Assembly: GCF_000315625.1 (NCBI RefSeq)
Contig: NW_005434500.1
Span: 1-64,000, forward strand
Source of the DNA: Guillardia theta CCMP2712
Lineage: Eukaryota; Protista; Cryptophyta
DNA length: 64,000 nucleotides
Direction of reading: 5' to 3'
The notes beneath the pieces were generated by a model. It saw only the letters and a list, made by a program, of their open reading frames with translations, was not told the origin of the DNA and searched no databases. This document shows positions 49,450 through 62,278 of the stretch, piece by piece. The position numbers and the translations under genes were made by a program. The stretch's first letter is position 1; every line of letters starts with the position of its first letter.

Positions 49450-52400
49450 ATGCGAGTTCAAGTGATGTGATGCTGAGATTCTTGAAGTTGTAGGGAGTAT
49501 GAAAGAGGAAGGTGGGGAAAGGAAAGCGAGAAGAGGAGAGGGGGTGAAGTAGGTAGAAGTTTTGAGAGGAGTTAGATGGAGACGAGAAGAGGAGGAGTGG
49601 AGGTAGTTGACTCCTGCTGTCAGGGTCTGGAAGGAAGCGTACACGTCAAACAAACTTGATGCCTCATCGTCGACATGGGATGACAGGATGTACATCTTCA
49701 ACGAGAGAATCCTCACAGACAAGTTCAAGCTGCTCCTCACAAGGTCTCCTCCTCCTTCTCCTCCTTCAAAGTCTAATCCCTCATCGCTGTCGCTGACTTG
49801 TCCTCTCCTGTTGCGCTGACTTCCTTCCACCGCAGTCAAATTGGTGTCGAAGTCCGCGAGATCTGCCTGCTCTCATGCTAAAAAGATCCTACGACCACCA
49901 CCATCTCCTCCTCCACCTCCTCTTCCTCCTGCTTGCATTTTGGCATTTGCTCGTTTCACTTCATGCTTAAATTTCACGCAAGTGACGCTGCTCGAGCAGC
50001 TGGCGCTCAACAAGCAAGCCGCTCCCCTCCAGGACTTCTGTTCCTCCGGCTCTTCTTCCCCTTGTCCTTCTGGGGAGCAGGCGCGCTACGCCTTCTCCGT
50101 CACTGTTTCACTCTCCAGCAGATGTCGTCTCCTCTCCTCTCCTCTCCTTCCCTTCCGTGAGACCCTCACCGCCTTTCTCGCAATGGCCTCCTCGACCAGC
50201 ACGCTCCTCCTCGTCTCCTCAAAAAATACTTTCGAGCCCTCAAGCTCCTGCGTCAGAACGCGGTCGTGGCAGGGCAGTGAGAGAAGAGATAGTCATAATT
50301 GCCCACGTCCATGTCCCCATCGCAAACGTCCACGTCACCCTCGCCCAAACTGTCCAGCACAACATCAGCTGCCTTCCTCCACCTGTTGCCTCCTCACCTG
50401 CTCCAAACATGCTCGGGTTCATCGTGACTGTCCGCTATGCCCTTCTCCTTCTTGATGATCGAGCCACCATCGACTAGTTCTGAACGTTCGTTATCCCAAA
50501 ACCCTCAGCTCAGCCTCGCACCTCTTCGCTTCGCCTCCTCCGGTCTTGACGAGGGGCCCAAACTCCTCGCCAGCTCCTCTCTCAAGTCTTCTGAGGGTGA
50601 ACTGCGAGACTTATGAGACGGGCCAACCACTCCAGTCATGCCTCACCCATGCTTGCTCATGTGTAGCTCGTAGAACCCGCTCTGCTCCTGTACGTCCAGT
50701 CAATCTCTGCGTCCTTTCCTGACTGCAGCGTGTCACCTTCCTATCCGAAGACATATAATAGAGATCGTCCTCAAAGCCGTCTTTCATCGCGTTCTGTCGC
50801 TGCTCATGCATTGAGAAGAGGCAAGAACGGCCCTGAACAACTCACCAGATACTCATCGTATTTGTCAAAGCACTGCTCAAGGATCTGCCGGAGATGAGCT
50901 GGGATCTCCTGCCCTTCGCACGGAAGTCCTCGGGCCTTGCGTATCAGCTTGTTGCTCAGCCATCGGAAGCCAGCCGAGAGAGCAGCTTCTGCTCCTTCCA
51001 GCTTCATGGCAGACGTCTGCAGCAACCCATCCACAGTCTTCTGCATCCCAGCCATCTCCGAGTCGGACTGCGATGACGTCATACAAAAGGCTTCATGGCT
51101 ATCGTCAACCTGGCGGAGCTCACGGAGCAGTTTTTCTCTTTCGTAAATGAGCGACATGTTGAGAGATCTATATGTGTTTTGAGCCAACGACTTGAATAAC
51201 CCTTGTGAGAATACCTCAAAGATGCATTCTCTTCCATGAGGTGATGTACATGTCTCTGCGATTCTTCCTCATCCATCAGCTTGCCTGTTGTCGCCTATAC
51301 ACAAAGTGAGTCTTAATGTCGATCGTCCCATCTAAGTTCACCTGGACCTCCTCCTCCTGCTCCCACTCCTCTTCCTCCAACACAATCGCAGCCACAGGAT
51401 TCCCTGTAGAGCTCTCCGATGGCTGATCACGAGTGCTTTAGAAGCACATCGCATCACATCTAGAAGTAGTTCACCATTGGCGATTGCCAGGACATGGAAG
51501 AATTCTGAGTTGAAGGAGCTGCGGACATTCCTGGCAGGTACGCCCCCCCCATCCCAGGCTTCGACTTGCATGTCTTCTTCGGCTTCCTGGCGAGCTGAGA
51601 GGGGAGACTGACAGAACTGATTGAGGATACGGGAGTGGAAACTTCCACATTCCCTGCAGAAAGTGAGAAGGCAAAGCAAGGAATGGCTCCCTTGTACCAT
51701 TGCCCGGAAGCTCGACAGGATCAGACGGGTTCGATCTCTTGTGCCCTCGAGGCCTGGAGCGACAGTCAGATTTTCAACTCCAATCTAGCTGAAGCCTTTT
51801 ACCTCCCAGGTCCTGCTGGCCTAGATGGTCTTCTCACGTTGTCCCACTCTTCCCGAAAATCCGCGATACGCTGCGGGTTGCCACAAGGTCACAGGTCGAA
51901 CCACCCAGTCAGTCTCTCACCTGTCTGATGCGGTCCAGACGCTCTTGCGAGACTCCAAGACCTCGCAGAACCGTTTCACACATGCGGCGATCCTCCCCAT
52001 TAGAGATCGTGTCTCGCCAACGCGCTCTACGGAATCCATACCCCGGATTTCCGGGCTTTGCAGCCAAGTTAGCGCCCCGTCCACACCATGAGACAGTCAT
52101 GATTCGCACACCTTAGCACGCACGGCAGGCACACGACGACTTTGCTCCTTGTCATAGATCTCATATCCAATCTTGTTGAATTGAAGACGCATCAGGCCAT
52201 TCTTGCCAGCTGCGATATGATTAGCACAAACTTCGACTGCGGCCTCTGACAAAAGACATCAGCATCAACCTGAGTTTCCATCTCGATCTTTGTCATTGGC
52301 ATACTCCGGGAAAAGCTCAGAGAACAAATGAAACACAGAGAGCTTCTGATCCACTCCATCCTCCTGGGACGAACGATCATGTAGTGTCCACGTCAGTGTG

Positions 52401-52560
52401 AAATTCATCTACCTGTGGAAGAATATCTTCATTGTCGTCTGAGAGCTTCGTCGCGGCCTGAAAAAATGCACGAGCAACTTGCACGGCTCTGCATTCCTCA
52501 TTCGCGTGGTTCGGCATCCTAGCTGTATCTGCGTGGGTCTCGTATGTTGTGCTTATGATA
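49450..52560 (-). CDS. Multi-exon hypothetical protein(s) with coiled-coil segments
   Basis: Exon-like ORFs such as 50804-51187 (YEREKLLRELRQVDD...), with GT-AG boundaries. Confidence 0.5.
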
Positions 52561-52929
52561 AGAGTCTCAACAAGCTTGCCGATCAATTAAAGATTCGGAT
52601 TCACTCGTTCACGTGAAGTGAACACTGGATATTGGTTCTATCCAGGTCTAGTATCGATGCCAGGTTTGGATGCAAAGATAAGCGGCTAAAGTGAGTCTGG
52701 GAGTCGGTGACAACCTGGCGGCCTCCTACACGGCAGAGGTGCAAATACGTCCGTGGAGGAGGCGAGAGCCGCTTCCGGCTCAGGACAAGGAGGAGTCGGA
52801 GAAAGAAGCAGCAGCAAGAGGTTGGAGGAGAGGAAGGGAGGAAGAGGTCAGCTGTGCGGGAGAGCAGGAGGGAGCAGCCACCTCAACCGCCGCCGCCAGC
52901 ATGGCCGCCGGGAACGCGAAGATGGACCG

Positions 52930-54420
52930 TGACAATGGGGTAGGGTGGGGTTTGTGGATGCCAAGTAGTCTTGTTTGATACGGTATGATTGGTCAAAAAG
53001 AGGGGTAGTCAGAATTTAGGGAGGGTGGTCTGCCAGGGTGAGAGTGGGTGGGGGGGATTTTAGCTGTCCCTGGAGCGAGTTGGGGTGGTATTTGGACAAT
53101 AGGGGGTGATGTGAAGCCAAAAGGGTGGGTGGTCGGAGTACGGAAGCTCTCGGGATGGGGTACAAGTCTTAGCAAAGGGGTGGTGATATAGGAAGGGGTA
53201 GCCACCCTCCCCATCCTGCTTGAACGGTCCAGGGTACAAAGAGAGGGTGCAGAGGAAGTTCTGAAACACAGGGGGTGGGGTATGTGATTCTATGTGTCCA
53301 AAGGGGTGATTTGAAGGGGATTTCTCCGGGTGGGTCCTGGATCCCCAGGGGTTTGAAAGAATGCAGAGGTAGGGTGGAATACGCGGCAGAGACATGGTAG
53401 GGTAGATTGTTTTGATGGGTAGGGTGGGGAGAACACAAGCTGAGGGATAGGGATTGAGGTCTGGCCTACTTACTTAATGCAGGACCTTGAGAATGAGAGC
53501 AGGCAAGGGCCATGGGTAGAGAGTTTGCTCACAACGAATTGATGATGGGTAGGGGGTGAGGGGTAGCAATGATTCACAGGGGTAGGGTCCTGGCCGAGAT
53601 GTGGGGTGGCCATGTCACTGCGTTTGCAGGAAGTGATCAGGTAGGTGGGACAGGGGTTCTCGCTGGTTTTCCATGGGGTAGTGCATGATCTTTGTAGGGT
53701 GGTCAGAGGGTGGTCCAAGGACTTTGAGGGGTGGATTGTCTAGAATAGGGCGTAATAGCGGGGGGCTTTGAAGACCCGGTGGTTTGAGAAAAGGGGGGTA
53801 CAGAGATGATTTAGGGAGGAGTGTGGAGGACATCATGAGAACAAGTGAATAATTTCTTATGATCTGAATTGGGAAATCGGATATGTAGAGCTATGTTGAA
53901 TTCAACCTGAAAAAATAGGTAGGGAGGGAGTGGGGTGAAGGGGTTGATAGACGGTGTAAAATAATTAGTCGACAGACTACCACCCATGAAGTACCCGACC
54001 CGTCCACATGGAAGTTGGCCTCCTTTTGTCTACCCCCACCCCTACGATTCTCAATCCACCGGTTCAAATCCACAAATTCACCCTACCTTATCTCTAAAAA
54101 TGTGTACCACCTATGGATGGGTACCCCCGTGGTAGAGAATTTTGTTTACCACCCACCTTTCCAAGCTCAAACAGACGATCAAATACCCACTCTCCACTGG
54201 TAAGTACCCCACCCTCACCCATCAACAAGCTCTGCAATCTTCTGACCTCTTCAGAACCTAGCGGTCGACCTGTGCCATTCAGTGTGGCGCCTTCAAGTCA
54301 GATAGTTGAGGTCCCTGTCACGCTTCCCCACAACCCCCCACCCCCTTGAATTTTAAAATCCTTTACCCCTGATGAAGATTAATTCGAGTTAGTGGGGTGG
54401 GGTTCAAAGAAGCTTGTTTA
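52930..54420. other. GGGT/ACCC intergenic tract with a strand-skew switch
   Basis: G-rich on + until ~53975, then C-rich. Confidence 0.6.
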
Positions 54421-54578
54421 TAACACTTGTATATAGCCCCAAATCAACGCTTCAGTGTTTTCATGGACAGCGCTTTTAAAAAAAGTTTCAAAAAGCGCTA
54501 TTTCGATTAAAATGGGTCACATCTTGAGTTGTCAGGGCGAAAAATAGATGCGACTCCGAGAGCGAAGCCTAAATGTAA

Positions 54579-54664
54579 ATCTGAGGCGCGCCTGGTAGAG
54601 GCATTGGCGGGCTAAAAGAGATCTGAGGCGCGCCTGGTAGAGGCATTGGCGGGCTAAAAGAGAT
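54579..54664. repeat. 42-bp perfect tandem duplication of the tRNA 3' trailer
   Basis: ATCTGAGGCGCGCCTGGTAGAGGCATTGGCGGGCTAAAAGAG x2; each copy contains a T4 run on the - strand. Confidence 0.95.
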
Positions 54665-54747
54665 GGTGGCGGTGGGGTTCGAACCCACGCCTTCATACGA
54701 AGAAGAGAACTTGAGTCTCCCGCCTTAGACCGCTCGGCCACGCCACC
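54664..54747 (-). tRNA. trnL-CAA: tRNA-Leu(CAA)
   Basis: GGTGGCG/CGCCACC acceptor stem, TGGCCGAGCGG A-box, anticodon loop CT-CAA-GT, long variable arm, GGTTCGAACC B-box. Confidence 0.97.
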
Positions 54748-55038
54748 GCAAGAAAACCGTGAGTGTGAGAGTTGATAAAGTTAGAAATCATGGCGACGAT
54801 TGCAAACACGATGATGATACGACATGAGGCTCAAGACGATGATACGACATGAGATAGAAGAATGATCATCATATGCATGTAGTAGGGAAGTTGCATGATA
54901 ATGAGTTGAAGGTAGCAAGTCTCGTCCAAAAGGCTGAGGGTAAAGTTGAAACGACCAATCTTCTTGACAGAACGAAAATGAAAAGAAAACGTGCAAGAGG
55001 CTGTTTAGTTCGTGCTCTTACACATGAATGTATAGTTC

Positions 55039-56305
55039 TCAATCTTGCACCAGCTTTGCTGCAAAGGAGATGACCTGAAGGTCTTGTCCTCTGAGTGAAA
55101 GATCATTCCCCCAGTCCTCTCTCAGCCTCGTAAAGGAGACCATCTGCCCGAATACTCACAGGCAGCAGCTCAGCCCTCAGTCTCCTCTCCTTACCTCAAA
55201 CCCCATCGCCATCAAAACCTGTAAACGTTGTTACACACTGGCATGCAAAAACGTTGCTTGATGACATGCGTTACAAGATTGCTACATCTCCCTCCAACTC
55301 TTGCTGCCTCGCAGTGCGTATATCCCTCTCCTCTACCTTGACTCGTTCATCTTCATCTATCCACTTCTCCTCTGCTCGTCCTGCATCTTGCTAGGCAGGA
55401 TCCATTCAACATATCCACGTCCTCCTCTTACCTGTGTCAGTTCTTCCTCGTCAAGCAGTATGGTGGAGTGAGGATGGTAGAGCAGCGGTCCCACATTGAT
55501 CCAGCTCCCTCCCCTGCTCTCTTCGTCATGCTGTTTGCCGCCTCTTTCAGCCCCACCAACCTCTTGAGCACGCTCTTGATGACCATCATGACATCCGTCG
55601 CATCCTCAGTGGCATCGAGGAAGAAGGAGGTCACAACAGCGTCGAAGCCTCCGCTGAAGCTGAGCAGCTCGTCACTGTCCTCTTCCTTCCGTCTGCTACT
55701 ACCGCGCATGACGATATGTGGAGACGAACTCTCCTAACCGCAAGCGCAACGTCCCTGCTCCAGCTCCCCCTCCTGCCCAAGGGTTAGCTCTTTGTCATGC
55801 CCTGATCTTGTCGTCGCCTCTTCCTCGCAGCTCTTCCACATCGGGCAAGAGCACCTTGCGCGTCTTTTGCTTCAAGCTCCATCCCCATGCCTATTCTCGC
55901 GCCTCCATCAGTGCAGGGAAGGACAAGAAGAGGAGGATGTACCGCTGGAACCAGCAGGTGAGGACACATGCTGCCGTATCGTCAGATCAGATCGCAACAG
56001 ACTAACAGTTACCATGATGAAGCCCGATCATCTTGTTGCTCTGCCTCCTCCTCCTCCTGCACCTGCACCTCCTCCTGTTCCTGCCTTTCTCCCTCTTGCC
56101 CGAAATCGTGCTTGCTGAAGGCAGCGATGTCGCTCCTTCCTCTGTTCTCCATTTCTTGGACTCGGTTTATCATCGACCTGGCAGCCTTGTCTAGCATCAG
56201 ATCTGGCCTTTCCTTTCCCACATCATCATCTCCACCATCATCTCCACCATCATCTCCACCATAACCACCATCTCCATCGCCTCCATCATCATCTCCACCA
56301 TCATC

Positions 56306-56373
<68 letters not shown>

Positions 56374-57274
56374 NNNNNNNNNNNNNNNNNNNNNNNNNNN
56401 NNNNNNNNNNNNNNNNNNNNNNNNNNNNNNNNNNNNNNNNNNNNNNNNNNNNNNNNNNNNNNNNNNNNNNNNNATTGCAGGTTTCTTCCTCCTGCATGCA
56501 GGCATCCCAATGCTCTTCAAACGGACGAAGGAGTTCTTGGAGGACCTAATCAAAGTATATCAGTTGCTGAGCCCTCCTCCTCCCTCCATCATTCCCTTCG
56601 TCACTCCCTTCTCTCCCTTCCCCCACTCTCTCTCTCCTCCTCCTCCTTCCCTCAACCCTGACTCTCCCTATCGACCTTCTCGTCCTCCTGATAATACCAG
56701 GAGGTTCCTATCGAAGCACTCTAGAACCTCCTCGTTGCGAGTCTTGATCAATTCAACCTCGTTGAATGTCATTGGATATCAGGGGACCGCATGCGTTACA
56801 ATCTCAGTCATGTCCTTCACGAAGCTCTCGGACTTGATAAGGTCGGATATCTGCATCACTGATCATTCTCCTTAGCATCTCAATCATCTCAATCATCGCC
56901 GTCTCCATCTCCATCTCCGTCATCTCCATTTGTCGGCATCATAATATTCATCATGGTAGTTGTCACCTTAGTTGTCTTCTTCTCTAGCATCTCAGCCACT
57001 CGCATCATCTCTTTCCTGTCGTCTTTCTTCACACAAGTTTCACTTGCTCCAGCACTACCTCATCTCTCCCGTCTGTATGGCCAGTGCCTGCGCACATGCT
57101 CCATAGCGCATTTGGGACAGGACCTCTACCTCTCCGTCTCCTCCGTCTCCTGCTGTACCCACACCGTAAGATCTGAGGTTTAAAGGCGACGTTGTCACCT
57201 GCTTGACGAGAGACGGAGAGAACAGGAAACAGCACAAGGAGAAGGAGAGCGAAGAGGTAGCAGGACGAGGACAT
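55039..57274 (-). CDS. N2227/carnosine N-methyltransferase-like SAM methyltransferase with an N-terminal signal-like peptide
   Basis: FDAVVTSFFLDATED...IKSVLK, GGRWINVGPLLYH and LRLGEFVSTY; N-terminus MSSSCYLFALLLLVLFPVLS. Confidence 0.8.
56374..56473. other. Assembly gap after a (CAT)n repeat
   Basis: Run of N. Confidence 1.
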
Positions 57275-57727
57275 GCGGGAGGAGGAGGAGGAGGAGCTGG
57301 TGGTTTTCACGTCTTGCTTGCCCTTGCCTCGAGCATCTCCATCTCAAAACCGCGATCCGGCTAATCATCCGAAGTAAATTTTCGTAGGACATCGGGTCCT
57401 GCCAATAATCTCAGCGCGGGAGGGATTCAGCCGCCTGTGGGGAAGTGGCACAGAAGGTGAGTGTGCCGACAGACGGACGGACGGACAGAACATGGCAGAC
57501 AGACAAGAAGGAAGGAAAGAAGGAAGGAAGGCAGATAGAGAGACAGAGAGAGACAGAGAGAGAGCTTGTGGGAGTGGAAGGAAAGGAAAGGAGGAGGGAG
57601 ATTATTCCGACTATCACCGCCCCCCCCCCGTGACATGTGTATCCATGTAATCTTCTCGAGTTTGTAATGGATGTAGTTCGGTACGGTATCGGGAGAGAAA
57701 GCAAAGGCCGTCAAGCAAGAATCGGCT

Positions 57728-58263
57728 CTATCCTTCAGCCTGCACTCCTCCTTCTATCTTCTTCTTCCCTGCGTTCGGGTCTGGTTCTGATTTCCATATC
57801 ACGACTCCGAGGTGCTGCATGTACAGATGGCTGGGGCCGGCTGTCAGTCAGGAACAAACCATGTCAGGTAGGTTGCTCACAGGAAATGTCTGGCCTCGCA
57901 CTGGATTGAGAACCCAAAAGATCTCCCTACAAGAACGTGCCATGTTGGTCCGATACGCCTCTCGAGCAGCGTCTTGATGAAACAGGCGATCCTGTCCTCG
58001 TCATAGTCGGGCATGTGCCTGAGCAAGCCAGTGAGCGAAGCCGGAAACGCATGCATGAGAGTCTGACATGTCAAGAGCCAAGGCAACGATGTTGGTGATC
58101 TTTCTCTGATTCTCCATGGTCATGTAATGATCTCCTCCTCCTGCATTTCAAGCGTCGAAATAGAATCGAGAGGACTCAAGCCCGCACCGTCATCGCTCGG
58201 CCCACTTCCTTCGTTCTTAATCACAGCCTTGTAGGTTGGAGTGAAGATTTCAATCTGATCCAT
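57728..58263 (-). CDS. Dynein light chain (LC8-type) domain, probably the C-terminus of the gene starting at 60488
   Basis: DRIACFIKTLLERRIGPTWHVLVGRSFGFSIQCEARHFLHLYM...VVIWKS. Confidence 0.88.
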
Positions 58264-60488
58264 GAGCCTTTGCCTGCCAGTACAAGCTGAGAAAACAAAA
58301 GCACATCATGCTCGTTTTTATCATAACCTGTCTTCCATCACATATTTCTTTCTTATCGAACCAATCTTCTTTTCATACTTCCAAAATCTGAGACTTGGTC
58401 AGTCGTTCCAAGTGCTGAGACCAACTCACTCGATCAGTTCGTTTCCTTCTCCCGTCGGGTTTTTCTCTGTCGTCATTTTGTCGGCGACTGAGCCTCCAGG
58501 GAGCTGGCGCGGCGTTGATAAGAGGGGGATCATGCAGGGTTGACGCACACAACCTTCTTCTCAGTGTTTGTCCAGAAGATCGCCTGGAGCCATCTGTCAG
58601 CGTCGTGGGGGCAGGTGAGGGCGCAATGACCTTGTGGAGCAGCTGTGCCTTGAGAGATTTGATTCTCCACCTACAAGGAAGGTCAGGGTGATGGCAACCC
58701 CCAGCTGCACGTCGAACTGAAAGATGCCATTGGAAGGGTCGTGACAGGGCCCAACCTCGACCATCCTCGCTACTTCATTCATCTGACTCATCGATCAAAC
58801 AAGGAGAAGCTAAGCTGAGGGCCCACCAACTGCTGCTCTTCGTACTCCAGCGCCTTGCCCTTGGCTTCCTTGGCTGCTATCTGTGACTGTTGCCGCAGCC
58901 TCATCCTCTCCCTTTCGTTCAATCAGCTCATGAGGATCTGACACTCAACAGCACCTGTCCGTCAAGCTCATGGGACCATCGGTGTCCTGCTGAGACCAGA
59001 GGACGAGCTGGTTCTGAGAGTTCAACGTGTAGGTGGTGGTCCCGATTCCTTCGAAGAACCATCGCTCAAGGTTTGCGTACTGTATCGAGCCCTCAGAGTC
59101 TCAGAGAGTTGCAGGGTGTCTGACAACCTGTCCGACTATTCTCCAAGGTTGTTTCAAAACTTTGTGTTCCTCCGACCACAGCTTTCTGTTGGAAGCCTGT
59201 GATCGCACGAGAATCAGCTGAGCCATCGACACTGGTTGCAAGATTGCGAGACCTCCTTTTCAAAATCCCAAATAACTTCTGAATTCGATAGCGCCACAAT
59301 CTATCGGCATCCCAGTTGAATCACGGTTCAATACATCATCATTTGACAAACCTTTTTGGGGCCCTTGTACCAAATGCCATCTTCACCATCTGCCTTTTCA
59401 AGCCTTACTTGGATCGTTTCTTCCTAAAAACACCATCAAACGCAACCTAGGTCGAGTCAAGAAGTTCACATACATTTGTTTTTAGATTGTATATATTTTT
59501 CCCTTCCTCTTCCTGGCATTGAAATCAAATACGAAGTAGAAACTCTGATGATTGAATCACTTGCTCTCTCGTTTGTTTCAAGTACTGCCAGTATTCTTCT
59601 ACAAATTCTTTGAACAGCTCGTCTGTGTGGCCATCTCAGACTTTGAGCTCACACATCAAGATCTGTTATACCAAACTTTTGATTGAACCGATTCTGGTGC
59701 GCGTATCCAGTGCCCCATTCTTCGTTGTACGTCTCGACATCGGGCTCAGAGGCGTAAGGAGAGGGAGCGTCGGGATTGAAGCCCTCGGGGTCATCTTCTA
59801 GATTCTTCCTGGTGCAAGCATCACGGCGTGTCTTCTCTGCTGGTATCACGTCACCTTCCGTTCCAAGACTCGGGACTCCCTTGGATCGCAACTTTATCTT
59901 TCTCCAGCGTCATGCTGACGCATAACTGCAGCAGGTCAATCGGAAAGACAACTGAAAGGACTGCATACCAATCGCATCACACCCGTGGTCTCTGTCTGGT
60001 CAGCTTCAACAAACCAAGACTGCGAGTCGTCGTCAGGATCAGCGCCAAAGACAAGGATGGACCTGAAATTCTTTAGCGGCCTCCTCCATCTGAGCGCGGG
60101 CTTCTGCTTCTGCCTGTACAGTGCATCAAAGTGACGATGATCCTCCGCAAGCCGCAAGGCAAGCAGCTAGGAGAACAAGCTCCTTACCTTGGCTCTTGCC
60201 GCTGCTCCACCAAGTAGCTTGAATGAAACGTAAATTGAGCTTCCATTCGACAACGGCGTTTCTTGCAAAATTGTTTTGTTTTCAAGCACCTTTCCTCCAT
60301 AAAGAAGGTTGAACACATTGTTCTGTATGTTCAAAGATAGCCCTATCTTTTCTCTCAAGTCTATCACCTATACAAACAATTAGAAGAATTCAGTGCAACA
60401 ACAAATTGTGAAGGTTTATTGCCTTCAAAGCATTGTCAATGACAATCGGGAAAGTGTTGGACATTCCGGATTTGATAAATAACTGCAT
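58250..60488 (-). CDS. Multi-exon protein with an N-terminal ubiquitin-like domain
   Basis: MQLFIKS...VIDLREKI...LLYGGKVLENKTILQETPLSNGSSIYVSFKLLGG, followed by many short exons on the same strand. Confidence 0.75.
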
Positions 60489-60999
60489 AGTTTTTCTATG
60501 AAATTCCGCAAAGACTACGGCGCCTGCAAAAATAGGATCAAGATTTGACGATCATCGAGCTTTGCAAAAATTGCGTTGAATAAGATGTTTTGGATAAAAT
60601 CGTTTTGATCAAAAATGTTCACAATGTAACATACAAGGGCTTCCTGCCTGAGATGGTTTGAATCATCTAATGACATTGAACATCGCCGCAGGAACGCCTT
60701 CCTACTTCTAATACATCTCAAAGTTGCCCTCAATTTCTGTTATGCTGCGACTTTCCCTTTTACCAGTTCCTTTCTCTCAACTTCCATGCCTTCTCGTGCG
60801 AATTCTTTCCTTGGCGAATGATTCCCGGGAGCATTTCCAGCGGAAGTCTTTTTGGCCTGCCAGTTCTTCCTCCTGACACTGCAGGATCCTCCTCTTCACT
60901 TGTAATTGATCAGCGTCTCCTCAAGTCCAACTCTCTAGCGGTACTGCGGCTTCTCAGAGAGCTGACGGTGGTACTGCCAAGATGCTTATGGCTCACGGC

Positions 61000-61800
61000 A
61001 CATGCAGCGTGAGCCTGTGCCGCATGTGCCATGGCGGCACCGGGGGCATGGGCACGCTGCTTCGGGTATGCCAGGTACTTGCGATGCTACCGCCAGCAAG
61101 AGCCACCCGGTCCTACCGTCACCCGGCGGCGCCACCGTAGTCACCCGGGCCCGGCGGACACTCGGACAGCCTCTGAACATGGCCGGCCCGGCAGTGGAAC
61201 CCCGGGTCCGGTTCGGGCACTGGGCCGCCTTGGGCTCCGCCCAGGATGGGGCCTGCAGTGCCGGGCCCACGCCGGGCCCGGGCGGGCGGCCCCGGTGGTC
61301 ACGGGTCGTGGGGGGGGGCCCGGGAGGCCGGCGCCGCCCTGGTACGGTCATCCCGGCCCGGTGTTCAGGCCCGCGGCCCCTGCGCCGCGTGCAGCGGGCG
61401 CGGCAGTGTATTCAATGTGAAGAGGAGGGGTAATAAGAGAGAGCCTCCGGGAATGTCCACCGCTGAGCCTATGAAAAACGGGGACCACTGAAGGCAGAGT
61501 CAGTGGGCACCGGGTGACCGTGGGATCGGACCGGGCCCCGCCCCGCCGGGGCCGCGGCGGCGGCACTGCCGATACCACGGTCACTGACCTGGCCCTCCGC
61601 TGAGCTCCGACGAGAGCAAACTGCCGCCGACCGGGTCTCCGAGTCGGCCCGGCTCGCACGCTTGTGTGGGTGGGGGTCAGTGTTGATTCAGACTTTTCCT
61701 GATCCTCGGCTCAGGAAGCTCTCCCCCGGGCTCATCTCTACCTACCCGGCGACTGAGTCAGCGAGTCAGCCTGTGCCCCTGCTTCGGAAGACTCAGAGCC
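61000..61800. repeat. GC-rich GTSAC/GASTC motif patch
   Basis: Same vocabulary as the other patches. Confidence 0.75.
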
Positions 61801-62278
61801 ACCAGCGGCGCCTGCAGTCTCTCTGATGGAGGCAACCAACATTCACCTTTGCAACCAGTGCCCCATCCACCTCGCACGAGGGGTCGACCGCTTCCTCCAT
61901 GGACTGCCTTCGGCCAACCTGCCTTCCCACCTGATCGTTGCGCTAGAGCATTGGAACATCACGACCTGTCTCACATGCATGTCAGATGACTCCATCGCAA
62001 CGACGTGATGGCCCCATCGCTCAGAGGAAAAGCGAAGGCGAGGCGGGCGATGCGATCGCATTTTACTATCAAGTTATGGTTTTCAGTGATAGCCTGTTTT
62101 ACTCAAAATAATGAATCATGGGTGAATTTGGATTGTGTATTTTGCGAGTAAATTTATCCACTTCCCCCCTTGTACGTGAGCATGACGGCACAGCCTCAGC
62201 GCACGCAATGACTGGTTTGCTTCCTTGACATCTTCAGCCGTCTAAGCAATTCCTGGCATCTTCATTCGCGACCCACCA

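Noticed and set aside
60986-61659. P/G/R/A-rich ORFs in GC patches (also ~3085-3844, 11391-11815, 17928-18339, 40518-41040)
   Set aside because: Open in several frames because of GC richness; no protein-like features.
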